From: Phormidesmis sp.
Lineage (GTDB): Bacteria > Cyanobacteriota > Cyanobacteriia > Leptolyngbyales > Leptolyngbyaceae
Reading direction: 5' to 3'
Assembly: GCA_965248535.1 (NCBI GenBank)
Contig: CBDFJR010000002.1
Location: forward strand, 2,112,001 to 2,176,000
Length of the DNA stretch: 64,000 nucleotides
This document shows positions 10,835 through 21,854 of this stretch, one piece after another (position 1 is the first letter of the stretch; the number at the start of each line of letters is the position of its first letter). The translations under genes and the position numbers were made by a program. Under the pieces are notes generated by a model. The model was not told the origin of the DNA. It saw only the letters and a list, made by a program, of their open reading frames with translations, and searched no databases.

Positions 10835-11119
10835 ATGTCAGTTGCTGCACCCGAAAAGATAAGTCAAACGGTGCAAAAGACCAGCCCCAACTATAAAGTG
10901 ATCGTGTTGAATGACGATTTCAACACCTTTGAACATGTGTCGGAGTGCTTGATTAAATACATTCCTAATATGACGGGCGATCGGGCCTGGAAGCTCACCA
11001 ACCAGGTGCATTTCGACGGGCAGGCAACGGTGTGGGTGGGTCAACTAGAGCAGGCAGAGCTTTATCACATGCAGCTTGGCATGGAGGGTCTTACTTTAGC
11101 TCCTCTAGAAACCGCTTGA
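10835..11119 (+). CDS. clpS: ATP-dependent Clp protease adaptor ClpS
   Basis: YKVIVLNDDFNTFEHV...QVHFDGQATVW...EQAELY; likely start MSVAAPEK at 10835. Confidence 0.92.
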   Translation: MSVAAPEKISQTVQKTSPNYKVIVLNDDFNTFEHVSECLIKYIPNMTGDRAWKLTNQVHFDGQATVWVGQLEQAELYHMQLGMEGLTLAPLETA

Positions 11120-11158
11120 ACGATAAACTCTAGGGAGGAACGCTAATAAGCACATAGT

Positions 11159-11449
11159 ATGGGAAATTCTAGCGGCAGGTTAGTGCTCAATCACTCCACT
11201 CATATTCCTGGCTTAATTTCCCGCCTAGAGAAGTTAGTCAAGCACGACGAAGTCAGCACCATTACGCCCGGTGTGATTGCCTCGGTGCGATCGCACTCTC
11301 CCCACTTCAAGCTCAAAGTCTCGGTGCCGATTAGAGGCGGCTATAAGCTGATTGCGCGTCAAGGCAAAACGGTGCAAGAGGTGTTTATCTTGACGACGCT
11401 GGCGCAAGACGTGTTAGAAGCGGCGATCGCTCAGGTGATCAAAAAATAG
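11159..11449 (+). CDS. DUF2103-family protein
   Basis: GRLVLNHSTHIPGL...TITPGVI...ARQGKTVQEVF; usual clpS neighbour in cyanobacteria. Confidence 0.8.
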   Translation: MGNSSGRLVLNHSTHIPGLISRLEKLVKHDEVSTITPGVIASVRSHSPHFKLKVSVPIRGGYKLIARQGKTVQEVFILTTLAQDVLEAAIAQVIKK

Positions 11450-11482
11450 CGATCGCACGGCTCTCCTACCCTTCTCTTAAAA

Positions 11483-11800
11483 TTACTCAGTCTGTTTGGC
11501 CCGACTCGAAAATCGGTGAAGCGGTAAACTGAGAGCGCAAGAAAACGTCAGCAAATAGGAAAACACCGCCGTAAACTTCAGGCTCAACGCGGCGATCTCC
11601 CAGTCAGGCGAGACCCACTTTTGGGCAGCGATCGCCATGCAGTGCACAATCCAATAAGCAAACGTCATCGAAAACAGCACCTGATTAGTGTTGTCAAGGT
11701 CATCGCCCTCGTCTGGACTATTCACTAAGATATAGAGACCTGCCACGCTTGCACAGTAGGAAAGAAGGTGTAAATGCTCGTGCCAAACCGGATGCGCCAT
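11483..11800 (-). CDS. Small hypothetical membrane protein
   Basis: 105 aa with three hydrophobic segments. Confidence 0.6.
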   Translation of the reverse strand: MAHPVWHEHLHLLSYCASVAGLYILVNSPDEGDDLDNTNQVLFSMTFAYWIVHCMAIAAQKWVSPDWEIAALSLKFTAVFSYLLTFSCALSLPLHRFSSRAKQTE

Positions 11801-11934
11801 GAGTGTTTTGTCGAAATTTATATTGAAAATCAGTCTAAAGGATGAGAGATTTACTTCTAAAAAATTCTTACAAACAGCAATATTTGACCCAGTTTGGTTA
11901 CAAAACTAAAGACATTTCCAAAACTAACGGTTGA

Positions 11935-12852
11935 ATGGATTTACCGCTCATCTATCACTCCGACTACGTTGCGCCATTGCCGATCGCCCATCGCTTCCCG
12001 ATGGCGAAATTTAGAAAACTTTACGAGATGCTGTTAGCCGATGGAGTGGTCGAGGCATCTCAGTTTCATTCTCCAGTGCGCGCTTCTCCAGAACAGATTG
12101 GCTTAGTTCACGAGGCTGACTATGTGCAAGCCTATTGCGACGGCACCCTGGATTTCAAAGCCCAGCGACGCATTGGGTTGCCCTGGAGTCCTGCTTTGGT
12201 CAACCGCACTTGTATCGCAGTGGGCGGCACCGTGCTCACCGCCGAACTGGCCCTTCAGCATGGACTCGCCTGCAACACGGCGGGCGGCACTCATCATGCC
12301 TTTCCTAGCTATGGGTCAGGGTTTTGCATTTTTAACGACTTGGCGATCGCGGCTCGTCATCTGCAAACTACCCAGCTAGTCGAGAAGATCTTAATCGTGG
12401 ATTTAGATGTGCATCAGGGCGACGGCACCGCCTTTATTTTTCGCGAAGATGCCAGTGTGTTTACGTTTTCAATGCACTGTGCGGTTAATTTTCCCGGCAG
12501 CAAGCAGCAAAGCGATCTGGATGTGCCCCTAGCTCAGGGCATGGAAGATGACGAATATTTGCAAACTCTAGCGGCCTATTTGCCAGATTTGCTGTCTCAA
12601 ATTAAGCCTGACCTGGTGTTTTATGACGCAGGCGTTGACCCACATCTGTGCGATCGCTTGGGTAAACTCTCGCTCACCGACACCGGATTGTTTCGCCGCG
12701 AGATGCAGGTTTTAACGACGTGTGTCTCGTTGGGTTACCCGATCGCCTGTGTGATTGGCGGGGGCTATGCCGATGATTTGGATGCTCTGGTCTATCGGCA
12801 TTCGCTTTTGCATCGGGCGGCGAGTGATGTCTATCGTCAATATCGGCTCTGA
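11935..12852 (+). CDS. Histone deacetylase family protein
   Basis: HRFPMAKF, GGTHHA, GFCIFND, DLDVHQGDGT, GGGY. Confidence 0.93.
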   Translation: MDLPLIYHSDYVAPLPIAHRFPMAKFRKLYEMLLADGVVEASQFHSPVRASPEQIGLVHEADYVQAYCDGTLDFKAQRRIGLPWSPALVNRTCIAVGGTVLTAELALQHGLACNTAGGTHHAFPSYGSGFCIFNDLAIAARHLQTTQLVEKILIVDLDVHQGDGTAFIFREDASVFTFSMHCAVNFPGSKQQSDLDVPLAQGMEDDEYLQTLAAYLPDLLSQIKPDLVFYDAGVDPHLCDRLGKLSLTDTGLFRREMQVLTTCVSLGYPIACVIGGGYADDLDALVYRHSLLHRAASDVYRQYRL

Positions 12853-12857
12853 TGGGA

Positions 12858-12883
12858 GAGGGCATGGCGTGCCATGCCCATAC
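12858..12883. repeat. Short palindromic dispersed repeat (same family as 40707-40820)
   Basis: AGGGCATGGC-gt-GCCATGCCCATAC between convergent genes. Confidence 0.55.
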
Positions 12884-12914
12884 GATGGCGGTCTGAATCG
12901 GTTGGGGATGGGTG

Positions 12915-14150
12915 CTATGCTTTGAATCTTTCTGTGATCCGCTTCATGGCTTCGTTCACGTTGTCGCGGCTGTTGAACGCCGAGATGCGAAAATAACCCT
13001 CCCCGGCGGCACCAAACCCAGAGCCAGGAGTGCCGACCACATGGGCAGTGTTCAGCAATTTATCAAAGAAATCCCAGCTTGACAGATTGTGGGGAGTTTT
13101 GAGCCACACATAGGGCGCGTTCGTTCCTCCATAAACTGCCATTCCGGCCTGGGTCAACTGGTTGCGAATGATGGCAGCATTCTCCATATAAAAGCTGACC
13201 AGCGCTTTGATTTGCGCTTGTCCGGCCTCAGAATAGACGGCTTCGGCTCCGCGCTGCACGATATAAGACACGCCGTTAAACTTGGTGGATTGACGGCGGT
13301 TCCACAGCTTCCAGAGTTCGACATCAGAGCCATCGGCAGCTTTTGCGGTTAGGGTTTTGGGCACCACAGTTAAGGCGCAGCGAGTGCCCGTAAAGCCCGC
13401 ATTTTTAGAAAACGATCGGAACTCGATCGCGCAATTTCTCGCCCCTTCAATCTCATAGATCGAGTGCGGCAACTCAGGGTCACTAATAAACGCTTCATAG
13501 GCCGCATCAAAGAAAATAATCGACCCATGAGCATTGGCATAGTCAACCCACGCCTTGAGATGCTCTTTTGTGGCGGTGGCTCCGGTGGGGTTGTTGGGAA
13601 AGCAGAGATAAATTAAATCGACTTTTTGCGACGGAATCTGGGCGGTGAAATTGTTTTCTGCGGTGATCGGCAGGTAGACAAACCCTTCATATTCGCCTTT
13701 CTCGTTGGCTGCGCCTGTGTGACCCGCCATCACATTGGTATCGACATAAACGGGATAGACAGGATCGGTGACGGCGATCGTGTTCTGGTGACCAAAAATA
13801 TCCAAGATATTGCCCGAATCGCACTTAGACCCATCGGACACAAAAATCTCAGACGCATCCACGTCGCACCCGCGAGCCTGAAAATCGTGGGCAGCAATCT
13901 TTTCGCGCAACCACTCATAGCCCTGCTCAGGCCCGTATCCCTTAAACAGCGCCCGATCGCCCATCTCTTCGACCGCTTTGATCATGGCATCGCGACAGGC
14001 TTGGGGTAGAGGCTCGGTCACGTCGCCAATGCCCAGACGAATCATCTTTGCAGCAGGATTTGCGTCAGCAAAGGCATTCACCCGTCGCGCAATTTCAGGA
14101 AACAAGTAGCCTGCTTTGAGCTTTAGGTAGTTGTCGTTAATGGTTGCCAT
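12915..14150 (-). CDS. dapL: LL-diaminopimelate aminotransferase
   Basis: [38 protein letters not shown] lysine in [10 protein letters not shown]; start trimmed to MATIND. Confidence 0.95.
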   Translation of the reverse strand: MATINDNYLKLKAGYLFPEIARRVNAFADANPAAKMIRLGIGDVTEPLPQACRDAMIKAVEEMGDRALFKGYGPEQGYEWLREKIAAHDFQARGCDVDASEIFVSDGSKCDSGNILDIFGHQNTIAVTDPVYPVYVDTNVMAGHTGAANEKGEYEGFVYLPITAENNFTAQIPSQKVDLIYLCFPNNPTGATATKEHLKAWVDYANAHGSIIFFDAAYEAFISDPELPHSIYEIEGARNCAIEFRSFSKNAGFTGTRCALTVVPKTLTAKAADGSDVELWKLWNRRQSTKFNGVSYIVQRGAEAVYSEAGQAQIKALVSFYMENAAIIRNQLTQAGMAVYGGTNAPYVWLKTPHNLSSWDFFDKLLNTAHVVGTPGSGFGAAGEGYFRISAFNSRDNVNEAMKRITERFKA

Positions 14151-14322
14151 AGTCGGTGATAGAAAAAAGGGTTGAGTTCTCATTATTCCGCAGACGGGCG
14201 GCAGGGGCGAACCGGATCGGTTGTGAATCGCTAGTTTGGCAAATCTGGCGCTCTTCAGTCTTACCCTTTGGACTGAGACCCGGCGATCGGAGACCTCCTT
14301 AGAGCGCGAGTTAAATCACTTC

Positions 14323-14395
14323 GTAGGTTGGGTTGAAGGATGAAACCCAACACCTCAGCAATTGTTGGGTTTCGCAGAGCTTCTACCCAACCTAC
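14323..14395. repeat. Nested palindromic REP/SDR-like element
   Basis: Outer GTAGGTTGGGT...ACCCAACCTAC and inner GAAACCCAACA...TGTTGGGTTTC inverted repeats. Confidence 0.75.
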
Positions 14396-14404
14396 AAAAT
14401 TCCA

Positions 14405-14557
14405 GGCGATCAGGCGATGGTCTTGGGATGCCGACCCTTGGGGGCGTGCCCCCAAACCCCCATTGGGGGACGGTTGCCTCCCCCAAACCCCCTGCAAACG
14501 AAATTTTGGTTAAGTGGTTCGACATGACTCCTTAGAGTTAGTTTGGTGGACTACTGG
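14405..14557. mobile_element. MITE-like dispersed repeat, copy 1 (left end not recognisable)
   Basis: About 90% identical over 153 bp (15 mismatches, manual count) to 21896-22048. Confidence 0.7.
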
Positions 14558-14615
14558 ATGAAGTGGCTGATCTCGTCTTTCAAATCATTTACGATCGGCT
14601 GATGACAGGACGCAT

Positions 14616-16094
14616 TCAGGTTTTGAGGTGATCTCTGACCTCTGATGATGGTTCGACTTCTGAGCGCTCAAGGGGTGAACTGTCTACGATCGCGGCAGCT
14701 TTTAACAGTCGCGACCCAATTAACAGCGTCAGCAGTGGAATGCCGATCGACACCATCGCCTTTAAAGCGCTGTGCCCTTGCAGGAGATATTGGGCGCTGC
14801 TTGATAGACCAAAAGCCAGACTGGTCAACCCAAACAGCCGAGCCTGGGGAATCAGCGCCGCGATCGTTAGCCCGATCGAGGCATACCACGGCATCAACCA
14901 CGGAGTCGCAAACAGCAGCAGCACTAGAGTCACCCAGCCCATATCTTCAACCAGATCAGACGGCGAATAGTGCAACTGGCGATAGCTGCGCCAAAGAGTC
15001 ACGCCATAAAACCCAGCAAACCCCAGCAAGGTCAAACGGGTAAAGATTAGCAGAATGGTCTGCTGTTGGCTCATGCCGATCGAGCCAGGAATCAAGATTC
15101 GCACCAGATCGAGTCCAAATCGCCCGATCGTGGGCAGTGATGATTGAAACTGTCCCACTACGCCGGGGTTGAGCAAGCTGCCCCAAGCATTAAACCCCGG
15201 AAGCTCTGACGCACTCAGCACTAAAATCAGCCCCAGCGAGGCTAGCGTAGTGTCAAGCAGCAGTTTCCATTGGCGTTGTCTGATCAAAAAAAGCGTGACG
15301 AGCGGCACCCAAATCAATGGAATGGTTTTCGATAAAAACCCACCCCACAAGGCGATAAACGACCCCCAATAACGCCGTTTAGCTAGACTGGCCATGAGAA
15401 CGATCGCGCTGGTGGACACCAGAACGTCAATGTGCGCCGAGCCGACCTGCTCCATTAACAAAAGTGGGTTAACGAGATAGGCGATCGCAATCTGATCGCG
15501 ATTGAACCGGGCATCAGATTCATCACGGGGCAACAGTCGCCAGATGACATAGCCGTTAAAAAGATGCAGCACCAGGCAAAAAACTTTGAAACTGTAAATG
15601 GCTAAAATCGGGTGGATCGAGAGAATCGCAGCGGCGATCGTAAACAAAAACTGTGAAATCGGGCCATAAGTAGAAGTTTGTCCCCAGTCTACAAAGGGCG
15701 ACAACTCAGAGACAAACAAGGCCGCACGAGTGATAAACGGGTTGACACCGCTCAGATTCATCAACCCTGAGTGCAGATAAAGATAGACATCATTGCCCAA
15801 GGGGTAAGCAATGAGCGCAATCACCCAGAAGACAGCGGTCTTTTTAAGAATGCTGCTAAACCTTAAAGTCGGAGGGCGACGATCGCGGGTTAAGAACCAG
15901 ACCAAGTAGACGATCGCCAGCCCTAAATAGCTACCGCCAATGGCGATTTGGCTGACGGGATCTGGAAACGTAGCAAATTTTTTGCCACCCGCAAGAATAT
16001 AGTGAAATTTATCTAGACCTAAATCAACGAGTGCAATGCTTAGATAAGTAGCGCAAAGCAGTGCCGTCGCGATTAGTACTCTAGCCTTTTTCAC
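14616..16094 (-). CDS. Polytopic membrane protein, GT-C-fold glycosyltransferase-like (MptB/GT87-like)
   Basis: NDVYLY, TYGP, YLVNPLLLME..GSAHID, PWLMPWY; many TM helices. Confidence 0.65.
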   Translation of the reverse strand: MKKARVLIATALLCATYLSIALVDLGLDKFHYILAGGKKFATFPDPVSQIAIGGSYLGLAIVYLVWFLTRDRRPPTLRFSSILKKTAVFWVIALIAYPLGNDVYLYLHSGLMNLSGVNPFITRAALFVSELSPFVDWGQTSTYGPISQFLFTIAAAILSIHPILAIYSFKVFCLVLHLFNGYVIWRLLPRDESDARFNRDQIAIAYLVNPLLLMEQVGSAHIDVLVSTSAIVLMASLAKRRYWGSFIALWGGFLSKTIPLIWVPLVTLFLIRQRQWKLLLDTTLASLGLILVLSASELPGFNAWGSLLNPGVVGQFQSSLPTIGRFGLDLVRILIPGSIGMSQQQTILLIFTRLTLLGFAGFYGVTLWRSYRQLHYSPSDLVEDMGWVTLVLLLFATPWLMPWYASIGLTIAALIPQARLFGLTSLAFGLSSSAQYLLQGHSALKAMVSIGIPLLTLLIGSRLLKAAAIVDSSPLERSEVEPSSEVRDHLKT

Positions 16095-16214
16095 GAAACT
16101 GTATACTTTGTTGAATAAATTTGCCTGAGCATATCATTAAGATTTTAAAACTGCAACCACACTTGCGGCAGATTCTATGTTAGGCATGACACCATCAGCC
16201 TCCACAAACGGGCA

Positions 16215-17258
16215 GTGCAGACGATTAGAGAGAGGGCGATCGTGAGTCAAACAAAGCGCCTATTTTTAGGAGGGGTGGCCGTCGCGACGATCGTGGCCCT
16301 ACTAGTCGGCGCTCATTTTTGGCTAGACCGCAGCATCGCTGCCAAAGTCTCTAATCGCGTCTGCATTCCCTCCTATGCCGAAGGGTTAGTGTGCTATGGC
16401 CAGCCTCAAGCGTTAACGACTGAGCAGACTACCAAGATTGCGGTCACTCTGGATGGCAAGATTTTGGCGAGCAGCACTCATGACATGATTCATCTATGGA
16501 ACCTAGAAACCGGAAAAGAACAGCACACCCTAACAGGACATCGCCATTGGGTGAGCGCCTTAGCCATCAGCCCTGATGGGCGAACCCTCGCGAGTGCCAG
16601 CCTCGATCGCACCCTCAAACTTTGGAGTTTAGAAACGGGCAAGCTCCTAAAAACCCTCTATTCAGGACGGGTGACCACCCTGGCTTTTAGCCCCGATGGA
16701 AAGATTTTGGCTAGCGGCAGTCGCTTGATGCGGTGGGCAGATGGCACCCTAAGCCGACCAGGAGTGCAGTTGTGGAACTTGACCACCCAAACCTGGCAAG
16801 ACACCATCGGCGATCAGCCCGTGGTCGCGATCGCCTTCAGCCCCAACGGGAAGCTTTTGGCTGCTGGCAAACAAAAAACTGATCTCTGGCGTGTCAGCAC
16901 AAAAAGGCTCTTATATAGCGTTAACTCTGGCGACCTGACGGCTCTAGCCTTTAGCCCCGATGGAGAAACTCTATTGACGGGCAGCAGCCGCATGAAGCTG
17001 TGGTCGATCGCTTCGGGGATGCTGCTCCACACGTTTGGCATCGGCGCTTCTGACTTGGCGCTCTCCCCCGATGGGCAAACGCTAGCGGCGGCTGTTGGCG
17101 GCACTGTGCAATTTTGGCAACCCGACACCGAAGATTATTTGGGAATGCTGCGCGGCTCATCCTATAGCGGGCTATCGGTCGCCTTTGGCTCAGGCGGAAA
17201 AACCGTGATCAGCAGCAGCAGTGATGGAATTCGCATCTGGCACCCGATCGTGGAGTGA
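16215..17258 (+). CDS. WD40-repeat protein with N-terminal membrane anchor
   Basis: Repeated LAFSPDG/LAISPDG...LW units; TLTGHRHWVSAL. Confidence 0.9.
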   Translation: MQTIRERAIVSQTKRLFLGGVAVATIVALLVGAHFWLDRSIAAKVSNRVCIPSYAEGLVCYGQPQALTTEQTTKIAVTLDGKILASSTHDMIHLWNLETGKEQHTLTGHRHWVSALAISPDGRTLASASLDRTLKLWSLETGKLLKTLYSGRVTTLAFSPDGKILASGSRLMRWADGTLSRPGVQLWNLTTQTWQDTIGDQPVVAIAFSPNGKLLAAGKQKTDLWRVSTKRLLYSVNSGDLTALAFSPDGETLLTGSSRMKLWSIASGMLLHTFGIGASDLALSPDGQTLAAAVGGTVQFWQPDTEDYLGMLRGSSYSGLSVAFGSGGKTVISSSSDGIRIWHPIVE

Positions 17259-17292
17259 AGAGGTCTGAACTTGGCTTCTAACTCCCTCTAAA

Positions 17293-18072
17293 ATGCCTGT
17301 GCGAAACCTCTGCAAACAGGTACAATTCGGGGTGATTGGCGTTGAGGGCAGGCAGATGCGGGGAAAAAATCGCCAGAAGCACGCAAACAAAGGGTTTGTG
17401 GTTTTCAAAAATATAGGATTGATGTTGACGGGCAGTGCCCTGATGCTGACCGGGGTGGCCGTGGTCGGAGCGGCTCGATCGGGCGATCACTTTTTTACCC
17501 GCCTCCAAAGTTTTTTCAATCCGCCGCCGCCTCAGCCTAAAGTTGAAGTCCGATCGGTGGTCATTCAGCAAATTCGCAACGCGAGCGAACTCACAACTGC
17601 CGTCTTCACGATGGAGGCTGTGATCCCCACTCAGCAGGATGCTGCCGTCGGCGGATTTGTGGTGGGCACCACTCGACTGCTCTATATCGCCTACGGTGAG
17701 GTGAGAGCCGGGGTTGACCTGAGCGCTCTCACCCCTGATAGCGTCGAAGTGGTGGGTGAAACGCTGCGGCTGCGGCTGCCTCCGCCCAAGATATTAGATA
17801 GCAAAATTGATGTCAACCGCTCTAACGTCTATGACTATAATCGCGGGCTGTTAGGGCTGGGGCCCGATGTTGCCCCCAATCTTCAGTCTCTAGCCCAAAA
17901 AGAAGCGCTCAAAAAAGTCAAAGATGCCGCCTGCACTAATGGCATTTTGCTGCGCGCCAACGATCGGGCCAAACTCACCGTCACTCAACTGATCAAAATG
18001 CCCAATATTAAAGAGGTTGTGGTTGAAACCCAAGCTCCGGCGACCGCTGCCTGTCAAAATTCTCAACCGTAG
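17293..18072 (+). CDS. DUF4230-family protein
   Basis: N-terminal TM helix, SELTTA, LLYIAYGEVRAGVDL, LRLPPPKILD; exact start uncertain. Confidence 0.8.
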   Translation: MPVRNLCKQVQFGVIGVEGRQMRGKNRQKHANKGFVVFKNIGLMLTGSALMLTGVAVVGAARSGDHFFTRLQSFFNPPPPQPKVEVRSVVIQQIRNASELTTAVFTMEAVIPTQQDAAVGGFVVGTTRLLYIAYGEVRAGVDLSALTPDSVEVVGETLRLRLPPPKILDSKIDVNRSNVYDYNRGLLGLGPDVAPNLQSLAQKEALKKVKDAACTNGILLRANDRAKLTVTQLIKMPNIKEVVVETQAPATAACQNSQP

Positions 18073-18475
18073 CTGACGTTCTCTAAAGCCCTGTTTGGCC
18101 CTGAGATAACGTTTCGCCAGACGAATATTTTTCTCCGTATCTTCACGCCGAATTGCATCAACTGACCGTTTCCTCTTTAGTAGGATGGCAGGTTATGGAT
18201 TGAGTTTTTTGCTTAAGTATATAAGTCCCTAACGTGGGGATCACTCTCTAGACAGGTGATCCCCGCTTTACCCAACCTTAGAATTAGAATAGATAAATAG
18301 CCCGATCGATACTAAAAGCCAATCACCGTAAAGAGACCATTAAAGCTGATGACATCCGTTAAGCCGTTCGGTTAAGTAGTTTTAGATACCCTTCATTTTC
18401 ACCGCACCGATTCGTCAGCTCCTGATAGAGACTGGGATCTGCGGTCAAGGTTTAATAAATTGAGGACTTTTTAAA

Positions 18476-18655
18476 GTGCAAACAGTTCAAAACGTGCGGT
18501 GTCCCAATTGCGGCAGTCACGCCGAGCGACACCAGCTAGAAAGCGATCGGCTCACTCGAACTCAGTGCCCTACCTGCGATTATTTGATGATCACTTGCTC
18601 TAAAACTGGCAGAGTCATTGAGGCTTATGCGCCTGGCATCTACGCCCACCGCTAG
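18476..18655 (+). CDS. Small zinc-ribbon protein (59 aa)
   Basis: GTG start after GAGGA; MQTVQNVRCPNCGSHAERHQLESDRLTRTQCPTCDYLMITCSKTGRVIEAYAPGIYAHR; two CxxC motifs; absent from the ORF track. Confidence 0.85.
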   Translation: MQTVQNVRCPNCGSHAERHQLESDRLTRTQCPTCDYLMITCSKTGRVIEAYAPGIYAHR

Positions 18656-18732
18656 ACATCGCCTTAGGCTTGGGATGAAAGCCCTTCTTGAGTGTCTGAG
18701 GGTGACTGGCTAATTGATGCAGAAGAAGAAAC

Positions 18733-19788
18733 TTAAACGATCGCCGCCTGAGATGCTCGCAACTGACCACAGGCCGCATCTGCCTCTAGCCCCCGTGGGC
18801 GACGCACACTCACCGCGATATGCCGCTCCTTTAGCGCGTTGACAAACGCTTGAATGCGACGCGGGTCTGGCTTTTGATAATCGACCTCACTGATCGGATT
18901 GTAAGGAATCAAATTCACATGACATTGAAACCCGCGCAGAAGCTCAGAAAGCTCGATCGCGTGCTCGACACAATCATTTAACTCGGCTAGCAAAACATAT
19001 TCAAAAGACACTCGTCGCCCCGTGATCTTGACATATTCGCGACATTCACTGAGCAGCGCTTCTAGAGGATATTGACGAGCACTCGGAATCAACCGAGTCC
19101 GTAGGGCTTGGTTTGAAGCGTGAAGGCTGACAGCCAGGGTTGCTTGAAGCTGCTCTTCGGCCAAACGGAGAATTTTCCCCGGAATCCCGACGGTAGAAAT
19201 CGTGATCAACCGCTGCCCAATGCCCACATCTTCATTCAGCGATCGCACCGCCCCTAAAACGTGATCAGCATTCAAGAGCGGTTCGCCCATGCCCATAAAC
19301 ACGACATTGCTCACGCGCTGCTGAAAGACTTCTTGCACCGTCAGCACCTGATCAACGATCTCGTGGCGCTCTAGATTGCGCTTAAACCCACCCTTGCCCG
19401 TCGCGCAAAAATCGCACCCCATCGGGCAGCCCACCTGAGACGATACGCAGACCGTCAACCGCTTCTCAGTAGGAATGCCCACGGTTTCGACAATCTGACC
19501 ATCTGAGAGCTTTAAGAGAAACTTGATCGTGCCGTCGATTGAAGGCGCTTGAACGTGAATCTGCGATCGCCCGATCGCATAATCAGCCAGATTTTCACGC
19601 CAAGCTTTAGGAAACACGGACACATCACTCAGCGATCGGGCCCCCTTCTCATAGATCCACTGGTGCAGTTGCTTGCCCCGATAAGCGGGCTGCTGCTGCT
19701 GCTTAACCCACTCAGTCAAGTCAGTCAGGGATGCCCCCACAAGCGGCGGGTGCTGGACACGATCGACGGGTTCTAACTGCTGAATCAC
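18733..19788 (-). CDS. rlmN: Dual-specificity 23S rRNA/tRNA m2A methyltransferase RlmN
   Basis: [18 protein letters not shown] radical-SAM motif, FMGMGEP, AACGQL. Confidence 0.96.
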   Translation of the reverse strand: MIQQLEPVDRVQHPPLVGASLTDLTEWVKQQQQPAYRGKQLHQWIYEKGARSLSDVSVFPKAWRENLADYAIGRSQIHVQAPSIDGTIKFLLKLSDGQIVETVGIPTEKRLTVCVSSQVGCPMGCDFCATGKGGFKRNLERHEIVDQVLTVQEVFQQRVSNVVFMGMGEPLLNADHVLGAVRSLNEDVGIGQRLITISTVGIPGKILRLAEEQLQATLAVSLHASNQALRTRLIPSARQYPLEALLSECREYVKITGRRVSFEYVLLAELNDCVEHAIELSELLRGFQCHVNLIPYNPISEVDYQKPDPRRIQAFVNALKERHIAVSVRRPRGLEADAACGQLRASQAAIV

Positions 19789-20216
19789 GGTAAGAAGGGG
19801 GTAAATAATCTCTGATAGCTCTCTCAGATTTCTATCTTAAAGGGTCTTGGGCTAACCAGAGTTTTGCCCCAGCAAACTTAACTCTTTAAAGAATTAGCCC
19901 TCTGTTCTCCTAGTGTGTGGCATAATCAGCACCCTCATTAGAAATGCTGACTCACTAAGGTTGATTACGTAGGTAAACACTGAGTATAAACTGCCAGATT
20001 TGTTGAATCCACTGAGCAAGAATCCGTAGAATCCCGGCTTCTTTCACAGCGAACCTAGTAGAAACTTTATAGCAAGTCAAACTTAAGACCATGAGCAAAC
20101 TTGATAGGTCTAAGTCAGGGTGCCTCTTGATGTAGTACGGCTCCATTGCTTTCCTCAATCTCTCAAAACAGATTTTGCTTTGATTCCGTCAGTTAGTCCT
20201 TGATTAACCCGTCATA

Positions 20217-21794
20217 ATGCTGAAACAAGATAGTCTGCTTCACGATCAATTTCTCCGGATTGGCACTGTCGAAATCAGTCTCAGTCAGTCAGAAGAGCTT
20301 TTTCGCGCCTATGTAGAAACCGCTAATGACATGGTGTATACCGTGGATCTAGCAGGAGTCATGACCTACATCAACTCCTATGGGCAAAAGCTCTTAGGCT
20401 GCAAGGAAGAAGAGATTTTAGGACGGTCTTGCCTAGATTTTGTAGCCCCTGCCTACCGAGAAAGAACGGCTCAAGCGTTTAACAACCTGATCAAAACGGG
20501 AGAGCTGAGAGACTTTGACTTTGTGATGCAGCCGCGCACAGGTGCAGAAATTCACCTAGAAGTGAACGGTAAATTGCTCTATCGCAAAGGTGAACTCGTC
20601 GGCGGCATGGGCATCGGGCGCGATATCAGTGAGCGCAAACGCATCGAAAAGCAGTTGCAAATGTTTTCGAGAGCGGTGGAATCGGCCTATGACGCTGCGG
20701 TGATCACTGACTTAAGGGGCGAAGTTCTCTATGCTAATCCCGCCGCTGGCCGAATTTTTAGCTGGCAGTCAGGGGTTTTGCAGGGTAAAAATGCCGATAT
20801 CTTCTACCCAGAGCGGCGACAAACTCAGTGGCTGGTGCAGCAAGCGATCGCAGGGGGCTGGAGCGGAGAAGTAGTTTGCAGCCGTCGCAATGGAGAGCGG
20901 TTTCCGGCCCTTGTCTCAGTTGGGCCGATCTATGACGAAAAGACCAATCCTATTGCGGTGTCACTGATCACGCGAGACATCACCCAGCAAAAGCAAATTG
21001 AGGCAGAGTTAGCTTCTAAAAATATTGAGCTAGAGCGGGCTAGTCGCTTGAAGTCAGAGTTTTTAGCCAATATGTCTCACGAGTTGAGAACGCCGCTCAC
21101 CGCGATTTTAGGATTCTCATCGATTTTAAAACAGCAGATCTTTGGGGCGCTAAATTCTAAGCAACAACTCTATGTGCATCAAATTAATCAGAGCGGGCAG
21201 CATTTGCTGGGGTTGATCAACGATGTGTTAGACCTGTCAAAAGTTGAAGCGGGACAGATGCGGCTAGAGATCAGCCCGATCGCGGTCAACGAGCTATGTG
21301 AAGATGCCTTGGCCTTGGTGAGTGAGCAAGCTGAAGCCCGCAAAATCAAAATTCATCACACGGTGCAGCCCCACTTGCCCTATTTGATGGCAGACGAGCT
21401 AAGAGTGCGTCAAATGCTGCTCAACCTGCTGGCAAACGCCATTAAGTTTTCAGAAGAAGAGGGCGAGATTGGGCTAGATGTCACTATGCAGGCTGAAGAA
21501 GTGCACATAACCATTTGGGATCAGGGCATCGGCATTCCTGAAGATAAGCAGCATCTTTTATTCAAGCCGTTTCAGCAGATTGATGGGTCGCTCTCTCGCC
21601 GTCACGAAGGCACGGGCTTGGGGCTAGCCTTGACTCGCCGCCTGGCCGAGCTTCACTCTGGCACCGTCGAGGTAAAATCTTGCGAAGGGGAGGGCAGCCA
21701 GTTTGTGATTCGCCTACCTTTTAACGCCAGCCTAGCTAGCGACGCGGGAGGATATGATATGCCCCAAGGCTCGATCGCGCCTCACATTAAGTAA
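20217..21794 (+). CDS. PAS-PAS sensor histidine kinase
   Basis: Two PAS/PAC units, H-box FLANMSHELRTPL, N-box NLLANAIKF, G-boxes DQGIGI and GTGLGL. Confidence 0.93.
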   Translation: MLKQDSLLHDQFLRIGTVEISLSQSEELFRAYVETANDMVYTVDLAGVMTYINSYGQKLLGCKEEEILGRSCLDFVAPAYRERTAQAFNNLIKTGELRDFDFVMQPRTGAEIHLEVNGKLLYRKGELVGGMGIGRDISERKRIEKQLQMFSRAVESAYDAAVITDLRGEVLYANPAAGRIFSWQSGVLQGKNADIFYPERRQTQWLVQQAIAGGWSGEVVCSRRNGERFPALVSVGPIYDEKTNPIAVSLITRDITQQKQIEAELASKNIELERASRLKSEFLANMSHELRTPLTAILGFSSILKQQIFGALNSKQQLYVHQINQSGQHLLGLINDVLDLSKVEAGQMRLEISPIAVNELCEDALALVSEQAEARKIKIHHTVQPHLPYLMADELRVRQMLLNLLANAIKFSEEEGEIGLDVTMQAEEVHITIWDQGIGIPEDKQHLLFKPFQQIDGSLSRRHEGTGLGLALTRRLAELHSGTVEVKSCEGEGSQFVIRLPFNASLASDAGGYDMPQGSIAPHIK

Positions 21795-21854
21795 GGGATC
21801 AGCGCGATCGCCAGCATCAGTCCTCTAGGGTGACCCAAAACTGGCCCATTAACC

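Noticed and set aside
18300..18400. Minus-strand peptides TERLNG and NGLFTVIGF resembling a high-light-inducible protein
   Set aside because: They lie in different frames with stops and no start or RBS; probably chance.
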